The notes beneath the pieces were generated by a model. That model did no database searches. It saw nothing but the letters and a program-made list of their open reading frames with translations, and was not told the origin of the DNA. The position numbers and the translations under genes were made by a program. Of a stretch of DNA of 64,000 nucleotides, positions 25,665 through 39,472 are shown one piece after another. The stretch's first letter is position 1, and every line of letters begins with the position of its first letter. The DNA is from Octopus sinensis (Eukaryota): contig NC_042998.1 in NCBI RefSeq assembly GCF_006345805.1, positions 129,952,001-130,016,000 on the forward strand. The letters are read 5' to 3'.

Positions 25665-25776
25665 CATACACAAGTATATCTTCATATATCTATATATTTA
25701 TATCCATATCTATATCTATAACTATCTATATATCTATCTATCTTGCTATCTATATGTCTGTCTATCATTGTTTGCT

Positions 25777-25839
<63 letters not shown>

Positions 25840-25900
25840 ATATATATATATATTATATATATATATATATATGTGCACACACACACACACGCCTATATAT
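25246..25900. repeat. ~650-bp degenerate (TA/TG/CA/TC)n compound microsatellite
   Basis: Directly visible; source of the IY-rich ORFs. Confidence 0.95.
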
Positions 25901-26822
25901 ACATGTATACTTGGATGCATCTATTTATATGTTCACAGCTGCCTATATATATGTCATGAAATAATGATGAAAATAATGACACAATGCTTGGAAAGATTGT
26001 TTTGTTTATTCATTTCTTCTTTAGTTTTCGGGTTCATTTTCTTTGTTTTCTTTTAACACTTTCGCTCTGTTCTTTACTTTATATCTTACATATTTCTTAT
26101 GGAAATTACAGGCTATTATTTTAGGAAATACCTATTTAATTGGCATTCTCAAACGTTAATGGTGCATGCTGGTGATCCTATTCAAATCTCGTGTTAGCCC
26201 TTTGCTTCTATTTGCATTTCTTACTCACACAAAGAAAATTAATGAGGCTTTTCAAAATACTGGAAAGCTTTGAATTTTCTTTTCCTATTGTGAATAAAAT
26301 TTTTACGACAACTGTGAAGATGCATATCGTTACTATTTATATTTGATACTTTAAACATGCATATGTGCGCAACACACTGACATTTATGCATAGAACAATC
26401 TTAGAAAAATATATGCGATATACAAACCCACAATATTACACTGTGTGAAGGAACAGTGTAGCGTATATGTAATAAAAATGATGAATTTCTATTTTTGCTG
26501 GAATTTTATATCAGAGGCAACTTCAAGAATACATAAGGATTTCATACTGACAAAGATCAGTTCACATAGATGCGCCGATATAAATCAATAAATAGCTGTT
26601 TACCCGTAAATATACACCCACCCATATATAGTGTGTGCATGTGTGTATGCGTATTCTGTTATGCATACGGTCTATTTTTCTATGTGTAACATGAATATCT
26701 CTCTTCATATACGTACACACTCACATACATGTACACATGCACTCACATGCACACACACACAAACACACATGCACTCACACACACAGATACATACACACAT
26801 AAACATTTATTATTCTTTAAAG

Positions 26823-26941
26823 AGAATAGTATTGCCAGTGTCTTTGTATTTTCAACCAGCTAAGAAAACAAAGAAAATGAACCCGAAAACTGATGAAGGC
26901 TTAAGTGACCGAAATTTCGAAATCGCTGACAATACTATTCT
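26823..26941 (+). other. 119-bp segment bounded by a 16-bp inverted repeat, enclosing a degenerate hammerhead-like core
   Basis: AGAATAGTATTGCCAG (26823-38)/CTGACAATACTATTCT (26926-41) with one mismatch; CTGATGA (26890-96), GAAA (26911-14), palindrome ATTTCGAAAT (26914-23). Confidence 0.5.
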
Positions 26942-28399
26942 TGTTGAAGAATAATAATTTTGAAATCTACCAAAAATATTGAGGAGTCCTTCAGGGACTC
27001 TTTAGAGATCTGTACTCCACACTCGGAAAAATACGTTTACTCGTCCATCGATTTCAGAATCGAAGTATTAATACATTTAATACGAGTATTTAACCAAAAT
27101 ATATAAAGTCGTTTCAATAAATGAAAATAACAGAGAAAATATATTGTATTGCCTTATACAGATTGCGTAATGATTCTGTAATATTTCGTGATAAAAGGAA
27201 GATAAAAGGAAGATAAAAGGAAGAATAAGTTCTTTCTTCATTTATTGATAATAATCTACTTATTTTGCCTACGTCATCATCTTCATTGCTCAAAGGTTTT
27301 TACGTTTGTAATATTTACAATATTTTAAAGTGAATTTTTATTTCTCTTTTTATTTCACATTTATGTACCCTGTATGTTCTCATTTCGTCTCTCTAAGCCA
27401 TATGAATTCGATAGGTTCAATCGCATTGTGTGTCACCTTATGTAAATATCCTTTTTCTGTTTCTGTGATCTCGGTCCAGCACATCTTCTCAATGAAATCG
27501 GTTAGAGAGAAACAGCATAGAAAACAGATGTATTATTTGAACTTGCAATTCAAATTTGCGGTTTGTGTCCTGTTATTTTGTTCGAGAAATACTTTGTGAT
27601 TACACGAACCTTAGAATACTCAACCACTAACACGTTAATTCTATGTCCAGGTCATTTAATTTACCAAATATCTGAAACCTCCTAATCGAAACGATCACAC
27701 ACATATACACAAGCGTATCTATTTATCTGCCTCTCTGTCTGTCAGTCCATCCGCCTGTCTGTCAGTCTGTCTATCTATATATTTATGTGCATGTCAGGAG
27801 AGAGTAAGAGAAAGAGAAAGAGAGAGAGAGAGAAAGAAAGAGAGAGAGAGAGAGAGCGAGGGGGAAAGAGAAGTGTACATAGAGTTTCTTTTTACATTTT
27901 CTGACTCTTCCCTATTTTCGCATGACTTATCCTCTTCCATTTCTACTTTTAGCTAGAACAGGACACTTATTTTCTTTCTTTCCCAGCTAGAAGTAATAAT
28001 ATTCAGTTCAATTAGTCTAAATGTTGCATTTCGCATGGTATCGAAGTGAATAAACACAACCGTATCTATTAAGGTATTGATTGATTGACAGTTCAAATCT
28101 AAATATTAATGTATTATGTTTACATTGCATTCTCCGTAGATGCATATTTTGGTGCCTTTATATCTCATCACTTGATTTCATGGATAGTGAAAATTTGCGG
28201 TAGTGGGTTTTCCCCACTTTTCTATGATATGTATATTAATGTACGGAGGAAGTGATGTGAAAAAGAGGTGCGCTAGGCGACAAACTTGTTTTCACTCAAA
28301 GCTGAATACGTTTAGTCACATTTTAGCATTATGCAGTTGTTTATCTTCATTAGAACTGGTGAGAGACAGAGAACGCGCACGAGCAAGAGAGAGAATGAG

Positions 28400-28400
<1 letters not shown>

Positions 28401-28498
<98 letters not shown>

Positions 28499-28499
28499 A
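28401..28499 (+). repeat. (GATA)n(GA)n microsatellite
   Basis: Directly visible. Confidence 0.95.
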
Positions 28500-28859
28500 A
28501 AGCAGGATATTTAAATGTTCTGATTTAAATAAATGGGTAACATGATGACTTACACGGAAACAGCCTTACTCAAGCATATTCAGATAAGCGGACAAACTAC
28601 AAGAACAGGGGCTCAATATTTATGTGCAATAAGTGGTCAATATTCTGAATACTATGGAATGTCTATTGACTAGCGATTTCAATTTAATTAAATCCTGGAT
28701 ATGGTGTTTAGCGTTAATATATACTTCGAGATTTTCTTCGGCCTTTCATCATATTCTAAAACTGTGTTCAAATGAATATACTGGTACAGTATGTTATGAT
28801 CAGAAGAAATGAATCTATAATACATACTTTCATCTCAGGTACACAAGTGCAATATACTT

Positions 28860-29050
28860 TCGAGTTGATGAATAACTATAGAATGATATTAAAAGATGCA
28901 TTATATGGTCAGCTAGCAGACCATGACACCACTGCATCCAAGATCTCTCCACCCTTCTGGAAATTAATATTCAGCTAATTGCAATCTATGACCTCCAGTG
29001 TGATGATGAACGATTTGGAAAATAATCAGTTCTTGATCTGAACAAACAAA
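28860..29050 (+). mobile_element. Possible RTE-like LINE 3' fragment
   Basis: ILKDALYGQL resembles the RTE-clade motif R.PK..LYGEL; short and decayed. Confidence 0.3.
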
Positions 29051-29363
29051 TTTTTCCATTTAATCCTTTCTTTAAATATCGATCAGTAATCAGCTAAACG
29101 AAACATTATTCCCTATCTTTGAAAGACATACATAAATTTTATAAAATGCATAAATTATATAATCCTAAAATCACATAACTATATAATTTGGAAACAGAAT
29201 AGCACAAAATTACAAATTCATACCCTTTAGGAGACAAACAGTTAAAGTAAATTGTGGCTTGTAAATATAATGCAAAAATTATATGTAAATATATTGAGTA
29301 TTACTAAACATATGATAGTTAATACCTGCCCTTTTGGCTACCCACCTCGTACATGCACACATA

Positions 29364-29369
<6 letters not shown>

Positions 29370-29399
<30 letters not shown>

Positions 29400-31270
29400 C
29401 ACATTTGTGTGTAACAATATATTTATATAAATAAATATATATATATTTATCCGTCTGTCTATTGTATGTGTGTATATATATGTATGTATATATGTGTATG
29501 TGTGTGTGTGGATGTGTGTGTGCGTGTGTGTGCGTGTGTACAGATGCTGGACGAAATAAGGGAAACATCTCTTAATTTATATTTTCCGATTGGGAAAAGT
29601 TCAACACCTAATCTAGTCTGGATATATGTGTTCATATACCATATTTTTGCTCTGTATTTTACGTTCCTTGTTGGCAGTGTTTACATTTTAACAAGTTAAA
29701 ATGCATCTACAAAAAAGACACATGATGAAGCCTGGATGACTCTAGCTTTAGTCAATAAAAAGGGTGACTCGTTCAATGCTTCGAGAGATACCGTCTTAAT
29801 GTTACCAACAAAGGTGACAGCTACGTTGACACCCACTTTGCCCGACCCGTGTGTCAGCAAAAACCGTTTGTAGTGACCTCCATACTATAGAAGGATGCAA
29901 TTGTTAACCTCTCCATTGCGTTTTGAATGAAAAGTTGACGAGCCCCTTCATTCCGCCATCGTCACTGAAAGATCTATAGCTGGTTTTACATGAGGTATAG
30001 CCCAAAATTCCTCAAACAACATTCAGAACGTGTACAAGACAATTCATCTACTTACTGAGCCGTGATATAAGAAAAGTGGAAAAATAAATTTCCATTGAAC
30101 AATCTTATTTTGTCCAACCCCCTATATATCATAATATGCAACCACACACACATGCACCGCACCACATTTCCTCCTCTCTCTCTCTTCTTTCTATATATAT
30201 ATATATACATTTATACATGTATACATACATACACACATGCACGCAGGCGCGCGCTCCACACACACACACACACACACACCACACACACACACCACACACA
30301 CACCACACACACACACACACAACACACACTATATATAACACATTTGTGTGTAACAATATATTTATATAATAATATATATATATTTATCCGTCTGTCTATT
30401 GTATGTGTGTATATATATGTATGTATATATGTGTATGTGTGTGTGTGGATGTGTGTGTGCGTGTGTGTGCGTGTGTACAGATGCTGGACGAAATAAGGGA
30501 AACATCTCTTAATTTATATTTTCCGATTGGGAAAAGTTCAACACTAATCTAGTCTGGATATATGTGTTCATATACCATATTTTTGCTCTGTATTTTACGT
30601 TCCTCTTTTGGCAGGTGTTTACATTTTAACAAGTTAAAATGCATCTACAAAAAAGACACATTGATGAAGCCTGGATGACTCTAGCTTTAGTCAATAAAAG
30701 GGATGACTCGTTCAATGCTTCGAGAGATACCGTCTCTAATGTTACCAACAAAGGTGACAGCTACGTTGACACCACTTTGCCGACCCTGTGTCAGCAAAAA
30801 CCGTTTGTAGTGACCTCCATACTATAGAAAGGATGCAATTGTTAAACCTCTCCATTGCGTTTTGAATGAAAAGTTGACGAGCCCCTTCATTCCGCCATCG
30901 TCACTGAAAGATCTATAGCTGGTTTTACATGAGGTATAGCCCAAAATTCCTCAAACAACATTCAGAACGTGTACAAGACAATTCATCTACTTACTGAGCC
31001 GTGATATAAGCCAAAGGTGGAAAAATAAATTTTCCATTGAACAATCTTATTTTGTCCAACCCCCTTATATATTCATAAATATGCAAACACACACACATGC
31101 ACACGCACACATTTCCTCCTCTCTCTCTCTTTCTATATATATATATATACATTTATACATGTATACATACATACACACATGCACGCAAGCGCGCGCTCAC
31201 ACACACACACACACACAACACACACACACACACACACACCATACACACACACACACACACACACACACAA
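29370..31270 (+). repeat. Tandem duplication of a ~940-bp unit (two copies)
   Basis: ACATTTGTGTGTAACAAT at 29401 and 30340; both units continue nearly identically to the (CA)n tracts at ~30260-30330 and ~31200-31270. Confidence 0.95.
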
Positions 31271-32594
31271 ATATATTATTAATAGATATTACCGTGCAGG
31301 CAAGTTTAAAAGGCATAACCACAGATTTTTGCCCCACGAATTTGGATGATCATAACTTTCAGAAAAATGGGTATTTTTCAATGAAATTTTCTTCAAATAT
31401 GTGTTATATCATTTAAATTTCTAATATACAATTTTTCTTGGGAAGGAGTGTTTTTAGAAGGGGTGGGACAGGGGAATTTCGGAAAATTCACCGGAGTCCA
31501 ATGCAATTCGTCTTAACTAATATTTTTTTAAAAACTTGCCTTCACGGTTCACGCTTTGAATTGCCGCTAATATTATTATCGATTAGTACCATATTTGCAT
31601 ATTTATAAATTATTCACTTAGTTCTTTATTGTATATGCCTTGGGCCTTCACACAAACACACAAGAAGTCAATTTAGCTTTTTTCGCGGTAAACGTACCTG
31701 AAGAGGGGCTAGAAATTGTTTAATACAAAGCCCGAAACCAGTATTGCGTTACCTTCTATTTTCTTAGCAGACTTAGCAAAGGTAAGAGCTTAATTTTTTA
31801 TTCCATCAGCTTTAATTTCTGTTACCCTTCGCTCACCTTTTCACAAACAACGCAATTTTCTTAACACTTTTTTGTTCAATATAATATAACACATTCTTTT
31901 ATCCTTCGTTATATATTTGGTAACAAATTTATAAATTGTAAACATGTTAGCAGCATGATCTCCAAAACCGAAAATCAACGTTGTTTTCTCTTGATATACA
32001 CTCAACAGAAAATTATTTTCGCTCTGAGTCAACAAGTCACAGGACAAAATATGTATTTCATGTCTGTAATACATGATTGATTAAATATTCTAAACAAGTA
32101 GTTCATGGTGTTATTTGATCTCATATCGCAAAGAGATAGAATAAACATTGAAATCTTTTCATATTACTAATAGTTCCGTATGTGCCTCGCCTTGGTTACT
32201 ATGTTATTTCATCACCTTAAAAAAAAAAGCAACGATGGAAAAAGTAAAAGCAGAGTATTTTTCCCTAGTGCGTTTTATTCTTATAACCAGTTATGTCTAC
32301 ATAATTAAATATTTGGAGAATAAACCCATGGAAGCAAATACATGTGCCAGTGCACACATGCATACACTCACATAAAAAAATTTACTAAATTAGCATCGTT
32401 ATTATGAAGATGAAATCAGCCGCGGTTAATTATAATAGTAATGCTATCTCATCTTTTGTCTCGTATGTGATTTTTTAGACATCACTGTCTTATATTAGTA
32501 TCCAGCAGAGTACTGTCGCCATCCATAGGTAAGTAACATGTCGACGATGATGGTATTTGCATTGTCGTTAGTAAATCTGTAACTGCTGTTTGAT

Positions 32595-33067
32595 ATGTTC
32601 ATGGGAATGATGACGATGATGATGATGACGACCACGAAGATGATGATGATGAAGATGGTGATGACGATCATGATAATGATGATGACGACGATAATGATGA
32701 TGATGATGACACTGAAACCAATAATGCAGACGATGATGATGATAAAGATGATAATGCTAACGTGTAACATAATAGAAATTTCAACAGAATAAATGTGAGA
32801 CGCCTTATACAAATACCACTACAACCGCCGCCAACGACACTACCGCTATTACCACTACAAAACACCACCATCACAACTACTAACACCACCACCACCACCA
32901 ACATCCCCACCATCAACAACAACGTCAGCACCACCACCACCACTACCACCATTACTACTACCACCACCACCTCCACTACTACTACCACTGCTACTACTAC
33001 TACTACTACGGCTGCTGATGCTAAATAATTGTAATAATAATAATACTAATAGTAGTAATAGTAATAT

Positions 33068-33102
<35 letters not shown>

Positions 33103-33130
33103 TAGTAGTAGTAGTAGTAGTAGTAGTAGC
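32595..33130. repeat. Compound trinucleotide repeat block (ATG, ACC/ACT, TAA, TAG)
   Basis: Directly visible. Confidence 0.9.
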
Positions 33131-33561
33131 AGCAACATCATAATTAGTCCCCCAACGAGGAAGTTTAAATATGAGAGATAATAATTGGAAAAATAAGTCC
33201 CTACTGAGAATAAAATATTGCACCATACGTTATCGAAAAGTCTCCAGGTATCAGTTTCATATCAATACGATTATTATATTGTCGATGGGTATCACATAAT
33301 TTCGAAAATTTCCAGCGTTAAGAGAGGGATTGCAGTGTTTTTTATAATTTTTTCTTATTATTATTTTCCTCGTAGCACTCACACCCACACACACATACAC
33401 ACATAGAAGCATGTATATACCTAAATAAATATACATATACACATATCACATATACATATATATATATTATACACGTAAATACATACACATACAACAGCAC
33501 ACACACATACACTCACACGCACAGGCACACATATACATACATACATATATAATTATGTACA

Positions 33562-33981
33562 GGAGTGGCTGTGTGGTAAGTAGCTTGCTAACCAACCACA
33601 TGGTTGTGGGTTCAGTCCCACTGCGTGGCATCTTGGGCAAGAGTCTTCTGCTATAGTCCCGGGCCGACCAATGCCTTGTGAGTGGATTTGGTAGACGGAA
33701 ACTGAAAGAAGCCTGTCGTATATATCTATATATATATATGTATATATATATATGTGTGTGTGTGATTGTGTGCCTGTATTTGTCCCCTAGAATTGCTTGA
33801 CAACCGATGCTGGTGTGTTTACGTCCCCGTCACTTAGCGGTTCGGCAAAAGAGACCGATAGAATAAGTACTGGGCTTACAAAGAATAAGTCCCGGGGTCG
33901 ATTTGCTCGACTAAAGGCGGTGCTCCAGCATGGCCGCAGTCAAATGACTGAAACAAGTAAAAGAGTAAAAGAGTAAAAGAG
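33562..33981 (+). mobile_element. tRNA-derived SINE family A (well preserved, full length)
   Basis: Complete head, body, internal microsatellite and (GTAAAAGA)n tail. Confidence 0.92.
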
Positions 33982-33982
33982 T

Positions 33983-34092
33983 ATATGTTTATACATATAT
34001 ATATATATATATATATATGGATATATATTTATGTATATATATACACATATATACACACATATATATATGCCATACATATATATATATATATA

Positions 34093-34135
<43 letters not shown>

Positions 34136-34181
34136 TACATACATATATATACATATATATTTACATATATATATACATATA

Positions 34182-34221
<40 letters not shown>

Positions 34222-34248
34222 AATTATATATATATATACATATACATG

Positions 34249-34286
<38 letters not shown>

Positions 34287-34340
34287 TACATATACACATA
34301 CATATATATATACATACATACATATATGTATATATATAGT
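33983..34340. repeat. Long degenerate (TA)n tract
   Basis: Directly visible. Confidence 0.95.
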
Positions 34341-34969
34341 TACATGTATTAATTGAAATTTCTTTTTCGGTGAAATAAGTAAACGAAGACGTACAAATCA
34401 GTGACACGAAGCTGCTGTCAACGTATTAAAATCTGCTGCAATTTCTTCCATTCATTTTCTATTTACGTATGTATCTAAGCATCTGTGTTTCTATATCTCT
34501 GCCTAATCGCAGGCGCCCACGTCAGAGTGCCTGTCCATATGTCTATCACACTGTCTGTCTGTTCCCCTCTCTGTCTGCCTGTTTGGCTAGCTGTTTGCCA
34601 AATGTGTGTCACTGTTTGATTATTTGTCCGTCAGCCTGTCATTCTGCCTGTCTGTTTGATAGTTATAAATATCTCTAACTCCTAACTCATATACATATCT
34701 GTTTGATTTCGTTGGATTTCCTTGTATGTCTCCACTGTCATGTTTTTCTTTCCAACTTTGACCCTCCATAAATCCTAAGTTCTAGTTTAGAATTTATGGG
34801 ATTAACTGTCTTTGAAGACTCATATTGTCGTTGAATGCTCGAAATGAAGAGTAGATACGCAGCCGACAACTGATGAAGGGTCATTTCTCTATGTTTTTTT
34901 GTCCTGCTTTTCCTTTTCCCCCGTTGTCTCAGTATTCAATTCTATTGTTTACGTATTTCACGTTATTTG

Positions 34970-35612
34970 CACCATTGGTGATGTCACAAACTGCGTGATC
35001 TCGGCATAGGTGGAAAACTTGGAGAGTGCCCGCACAAATTCCTAAAATATAGAAAGCAGCCACTTCCAAGGAAATACAAATAACAAGTGATGTTCCACAA
35101 GGCACTGTCTTGGGACCATTGCTGTTCATAGTGGCCCTTTCAGACATGCCATCAGTTGCTAAGATGGCCACCCTTGCTAGCTATGCAGATGACACATAGG
35201 TCTCTCAGACAATACAAAACCCTGGAAGTATTGCAACGGGGGTTGGATACAATACATAGGTGGGCCGAGGACAACAACATGCAGTTTAATGCAGGAAAGT
35301 TCCAAGCCCTGCGCTACCGGCACACATAGCTGACCAACATGCAAACCGGATACACTGGTCCGGGAAGAATTGCAATTCCTGAGTCAAAATCAGTGCGTGA
35401 CCTGGGCATTGACATGAGCAATGATGCATCTTTCCAAGTGCATATTGCCAATTTGGTAATAAAATGCAGACGGCTAGCTGGATGAATCCTCCGAACTTTC
35501 AGAACAAGAGAGAAGGAGACACTGATGGTCCTTTAGAAGACATTCGTCCTCACCCGCTTGGACTACTGCTCCCAGCTATGGTCACTACACAATATACAGT
35601 TAACAGCAGAAC
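34970..35612 (+). mobile_element. CR1-like LINE RT fragment
   Basis: VPQGTVLGPLLFIVALSDM..YADD (35182-35193)..WAEDNNMQFNAGKFQAL..DLGI..RLDYCSQLW, with stops. Confidence 0.85.
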
Positions 35613-36431
35613 TTATTAATTAATTATAATTATGCTGCATTTATTTCTAAATGCTGTATTTGTTTTCCGTGAAAGTTTGGCGCGCTGTTAGTTGGGGCAT
35701 TTGAATTATAACGTCGGATGTAATTCAATTGAACCACACGCGTATTTATCGTTATGGTAAAATCTGGCGTGTGATTGAGTGGATTTCATCCAGATAGTTT
35801 GGCTGACGAGCTACAAATGGATTTTTTTGTAAGTAAAATTACATTAATTCATTAATAGCGAAACAATTGTCCAAAATAATCTGTATTTTTGTTATTTTTT
35901 ATTGCCCTGTCCGTGTGAGCTAACAATCGTACTGACTTTCATGGGAAACATGTATTTTCGTGGTTGAAACCTTTTGGATTAACTGGGCTAGAGTGAGCCA
36001 TATAGTGACCACTCTCTTATATTTATTTTATATATATATTATATATTTATGCATATATGTTTTTAAATGTACATATAAGCGTGTGTGTATACGTGCATGT
36101 TTGTGTGCGTTTGTATGTATGTATGTCTGCATGACGGCGAGCACGTGCGTAGTTGCATTTCTGAGCACGATTTATATTTTTATACTCATAAAATGTAACA
36201 ACAACGAATACCAACACTCGTCGACAAAAATACAATCTATTGGAGATAGAAACATTCATACGTAGCTTCTTGACTTTCAAAAATATAGCCAATTAACACG
36301 TTTCTTCGTACACAAGATACATGCATACTCTCGCATAGAAATACACACGCTGATGGACTATGATATATATTCATGCATGCATAGATACATGCAAAAGTGC
36401 ATAAGTATCTATATACGTAGGTATATATATA

Positions 36432-36465
<34 letters not shown>

Positions 36466-37460
36466 TCATACATATACATATGTATATATATATATATATG
36501 TATGTATATGTACATAATCAGATAACCACATACATACATACATACATACCTATATGCCTATAAACATACATACACGAGCGCGTTTATATATATATATATG
36601 TGTGTGTGTTGGATCAAATATGTTTGTGTATATTTTGAGTGTGCGTATCTGTATATAGATATGTGTGCCGGTAGGTACTTATATGCGTGATAATCTGAGA
36701 ATGTACACACATTTATATAGCGAAATGCATACATAATTATATGGCACACTAACATACTGACACATACGTTCGTTGCATTTTCGTATACGTAGAGATATAC
36801 AACACAAACAGACATATCGAAACAGTGTATGCATATAAGGTAATTCCAACAAACATTGAATCCTATCTTCCAGCGGCTATTGCAATTGGATTTTCATAAA
36901 GATTACGAAAGTAATTAAGAAATAGTTTTATAATATCTGCTGTGCGTAATAACGGAAAGGAACAAGGCGGTGGTATTACTAACTCCGGGCGATTGTAAGG
37001 ACAGATAAAGGAAAATAATGAGCTAAAGAGCCTCAGAATGGTGAAGCAGATGAGGCTGTAGGTTTGTGGGGGATAAACAAATGTTATAATGGGATATTAA
37101 TGGGACAAGAAAGCCTGGTTTGTGTTTTATGTAAGTGGGGAGCTAAGAAAAGCGAAAGAAGGAAGAAGGTAAAAAGCTAATGATACATACCTACAAGCAT
37201 ACATACATGTTATCATACATACATTTATACATACGTGTGTGTATGTTTGTGTATCCATATGCATAAATCATAACTATTGTTATGTACATGTATATAAATG
37301 CTTATAAGCATGTGAAGAAAATATGTATAACTGTAGACATTTGTAGCACGCACACCAACACACATGAATACGAATGTGCACAAAAGCTTATATATATATT
37401 GTATATATGTGTGTGTTTGTGTGTGTGTGTGTGTGTGCGTGTGTATGTGTGTGTGTGTAC

Positions 37461-37534
<74 letters not shown>
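37461..37534 (+). repeat. (TCTA)n microsatellite
   Basis: Directly visible. Confidence 0.95.
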
Positions 37535-37535
<1 letters not shown>

Positions 37536-38609
37536 ATTCAATCGGTCTATTTCAGTGCATGTATGTGTATGTGTGTGTGTATGTGCGTGTGTGTGTGTAT
37601 GTTTGTATGTGCTTATTTCCATGTATTTAGAAATGAAGAGAAGCAGAGTTTTTACTATGAGTTTAGATATTCTGTATATTTGGAGAGCTTATAGTCACAG
37701 AAAAAACAAATGGAAGAAAAAAAAAAGCTCTTACAATAAATAAATAAAATATAAATAAAACAACTGCAAACAAAATAAGCTAGCTTTCTTCATAAGATTT
37801 GTCTTATAAGAATAGAAATTCTATAAGGAAGGCACGCACGGTGAGTGAATAAGAATATACATTCGAGGGGGACGCAACAGAGGAGGGAGGGAGAAAATGT
37901 ATAAAGCGACACACAAAGATAGAAAATGCATGAGACAGACATTGAAAGAAAAGGAAAGACATTGCTTTGATAATGTTGGTATAGGGAGATAGTGTAACAG
38001 CATTAAATATAGAATATTATAGAGGGGTCACATTAAAAGAAAGTAAAGGCTATCAAAACAAAGACACACACACACACACACTCACACATGCATACACACA
38101 CAGTGCGTCTATGCACATAAACACTCACAATTATACACATAAACACAGCGTATTTAAACGAAAATAAGAGTAAATGATAGAAGTAGTGGGAATGAAATTG
38201 AATTATCTCTATTGTATGTGTTTTTTGGTGGGAAGTAGGGATTTCGTTAAGAATGAAATGATGGGAATAAAATTTGTGAGAAGTGAGAGGCTTTTTCACG
38301 TGCTAATGACAACGTCGACAACGACAACGAGCACGACAACGGCAACGGGCACGACAATGATGACGACGGCGATAATGACGACGACGATGCTGATGAGGAG
38401 GGGAAGGATATGATGAGGATGATGATGATGATGATGATGATGATGCCCCACATTAAAGGCACAGAATGTGTTAATAGGCTACGTATGACATCTTAATCAA
38501 AGAGATTTATAAATTTACTTCACTGCGGTTTTTATTCTAATTTAATTCATTTATTTATCTATTTTATTTTATTTTTCTAAATTTCATTTTCTCCAACTCT
38601 TAACTCATA

Positions 38610-39235
38610 CTCTTCCTCTAGTTTTTACAGTCTTCGTCTTCCACATTACAATTCTTATTCTCTTTTCTCTTCATACACCTTTCTGTCCTCCTCCTCCCGC
38701 TCCTCCTCCACACTACCACCATCACTCCTCTCCACCTCTCCATCTTACTCTGCTCCTCCCCTCTGCTCTTGCTACTGTCTCTGTCTCCGCATCCACCGAC
38801 ATCTTCATTATTCATAACCTCCTCCCTCTCCTCCTCTTTTTACATTATCCCTTCCCTCCCTTCCCTTCTCCACCTACTTCTTTCACGCCATAATTTACAC
38901 TGCCCTCCCCCCACGCTCTCATATAATTTCTTGTCCTTGTCCAAAAACTCCTTTCTATTCCTTCTCCGATCTCCATACATAATCATCTAAATTTCCCCCT
39001 ACTAACAATGGTTATCACCGCTCCTCCCCTCACAACAGCTCCTCCAACTTTCTTTGCCACAAAATCACCAAAATCTATCACCAAAAAAAAGAGAAAAGCA
39101 ACACCAGGATATCACTTCCCCACCTCCTCTTCCTCACCCTCCTCCTCCTCTTTCTTCTTCTTCTTCTTCTTCTTCCTCCTTTTACCTTTCTTCTGTCATC
39201 TTGCACGTTATTCCTGTTTATTATTCTTTTTTCTC
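38610..39235 (+). repeat. Pyrimidine-rich (C/T) low-complexity tract
   Basis: Strong CT skew on the plus strand. Confidence 0.8.
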
Positions 39236-39240
39236 TTTTT

Positions 39241-39472
39241 TTTCCTTTACTGCCCACGAGGGGCTAAACATAGAGGGGACAGACAAGTATAGACAGAAGG
39301 ATTAAGTCGATTATATCGACCCCAGTGCGAAACTGGTACTTTATTTATCGACCCCGAAAGGATGAAAGGCAAAGTCGACCTCGGCGGAATTTGAACTCAG
39401 AACGTAACGGCAGACGAAATACTGCTAAGCATCTCGCCCGGCGTTCTAACGTTTCTGCCAGCTCGCCGCCTT
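39241..39472 (-). mobile_element. tRNA-derived SINE family B (full length)
   Basis: Minus-strand head AAGGCGGCGAGCTGGCAGAAACGTTAG...GAGTTCAAATTCC (A/B-box-like). Confidence 0.92.

Noticed and set aside
25209-26056. Long IY/YI-rich ORFs up to 214 aa, and similar ORFs at 14, 17, 20, 34, 40, 41 and 61 kb
   Set aside because: (TA)n-type tracts lack stop codons in some frames; there is no protein-like complexity.
31290-31510. Possible DNA-transposon terminal fragment after the tandem duplication
   Set aside because: Only a general resemblance; no partner TIR or TSD found.
34836-34890. GCTCGAAA...CTGATGAAGGG as a permuted hammerhead
   Set aside because: Helices I and III cannot be formed convincingly.
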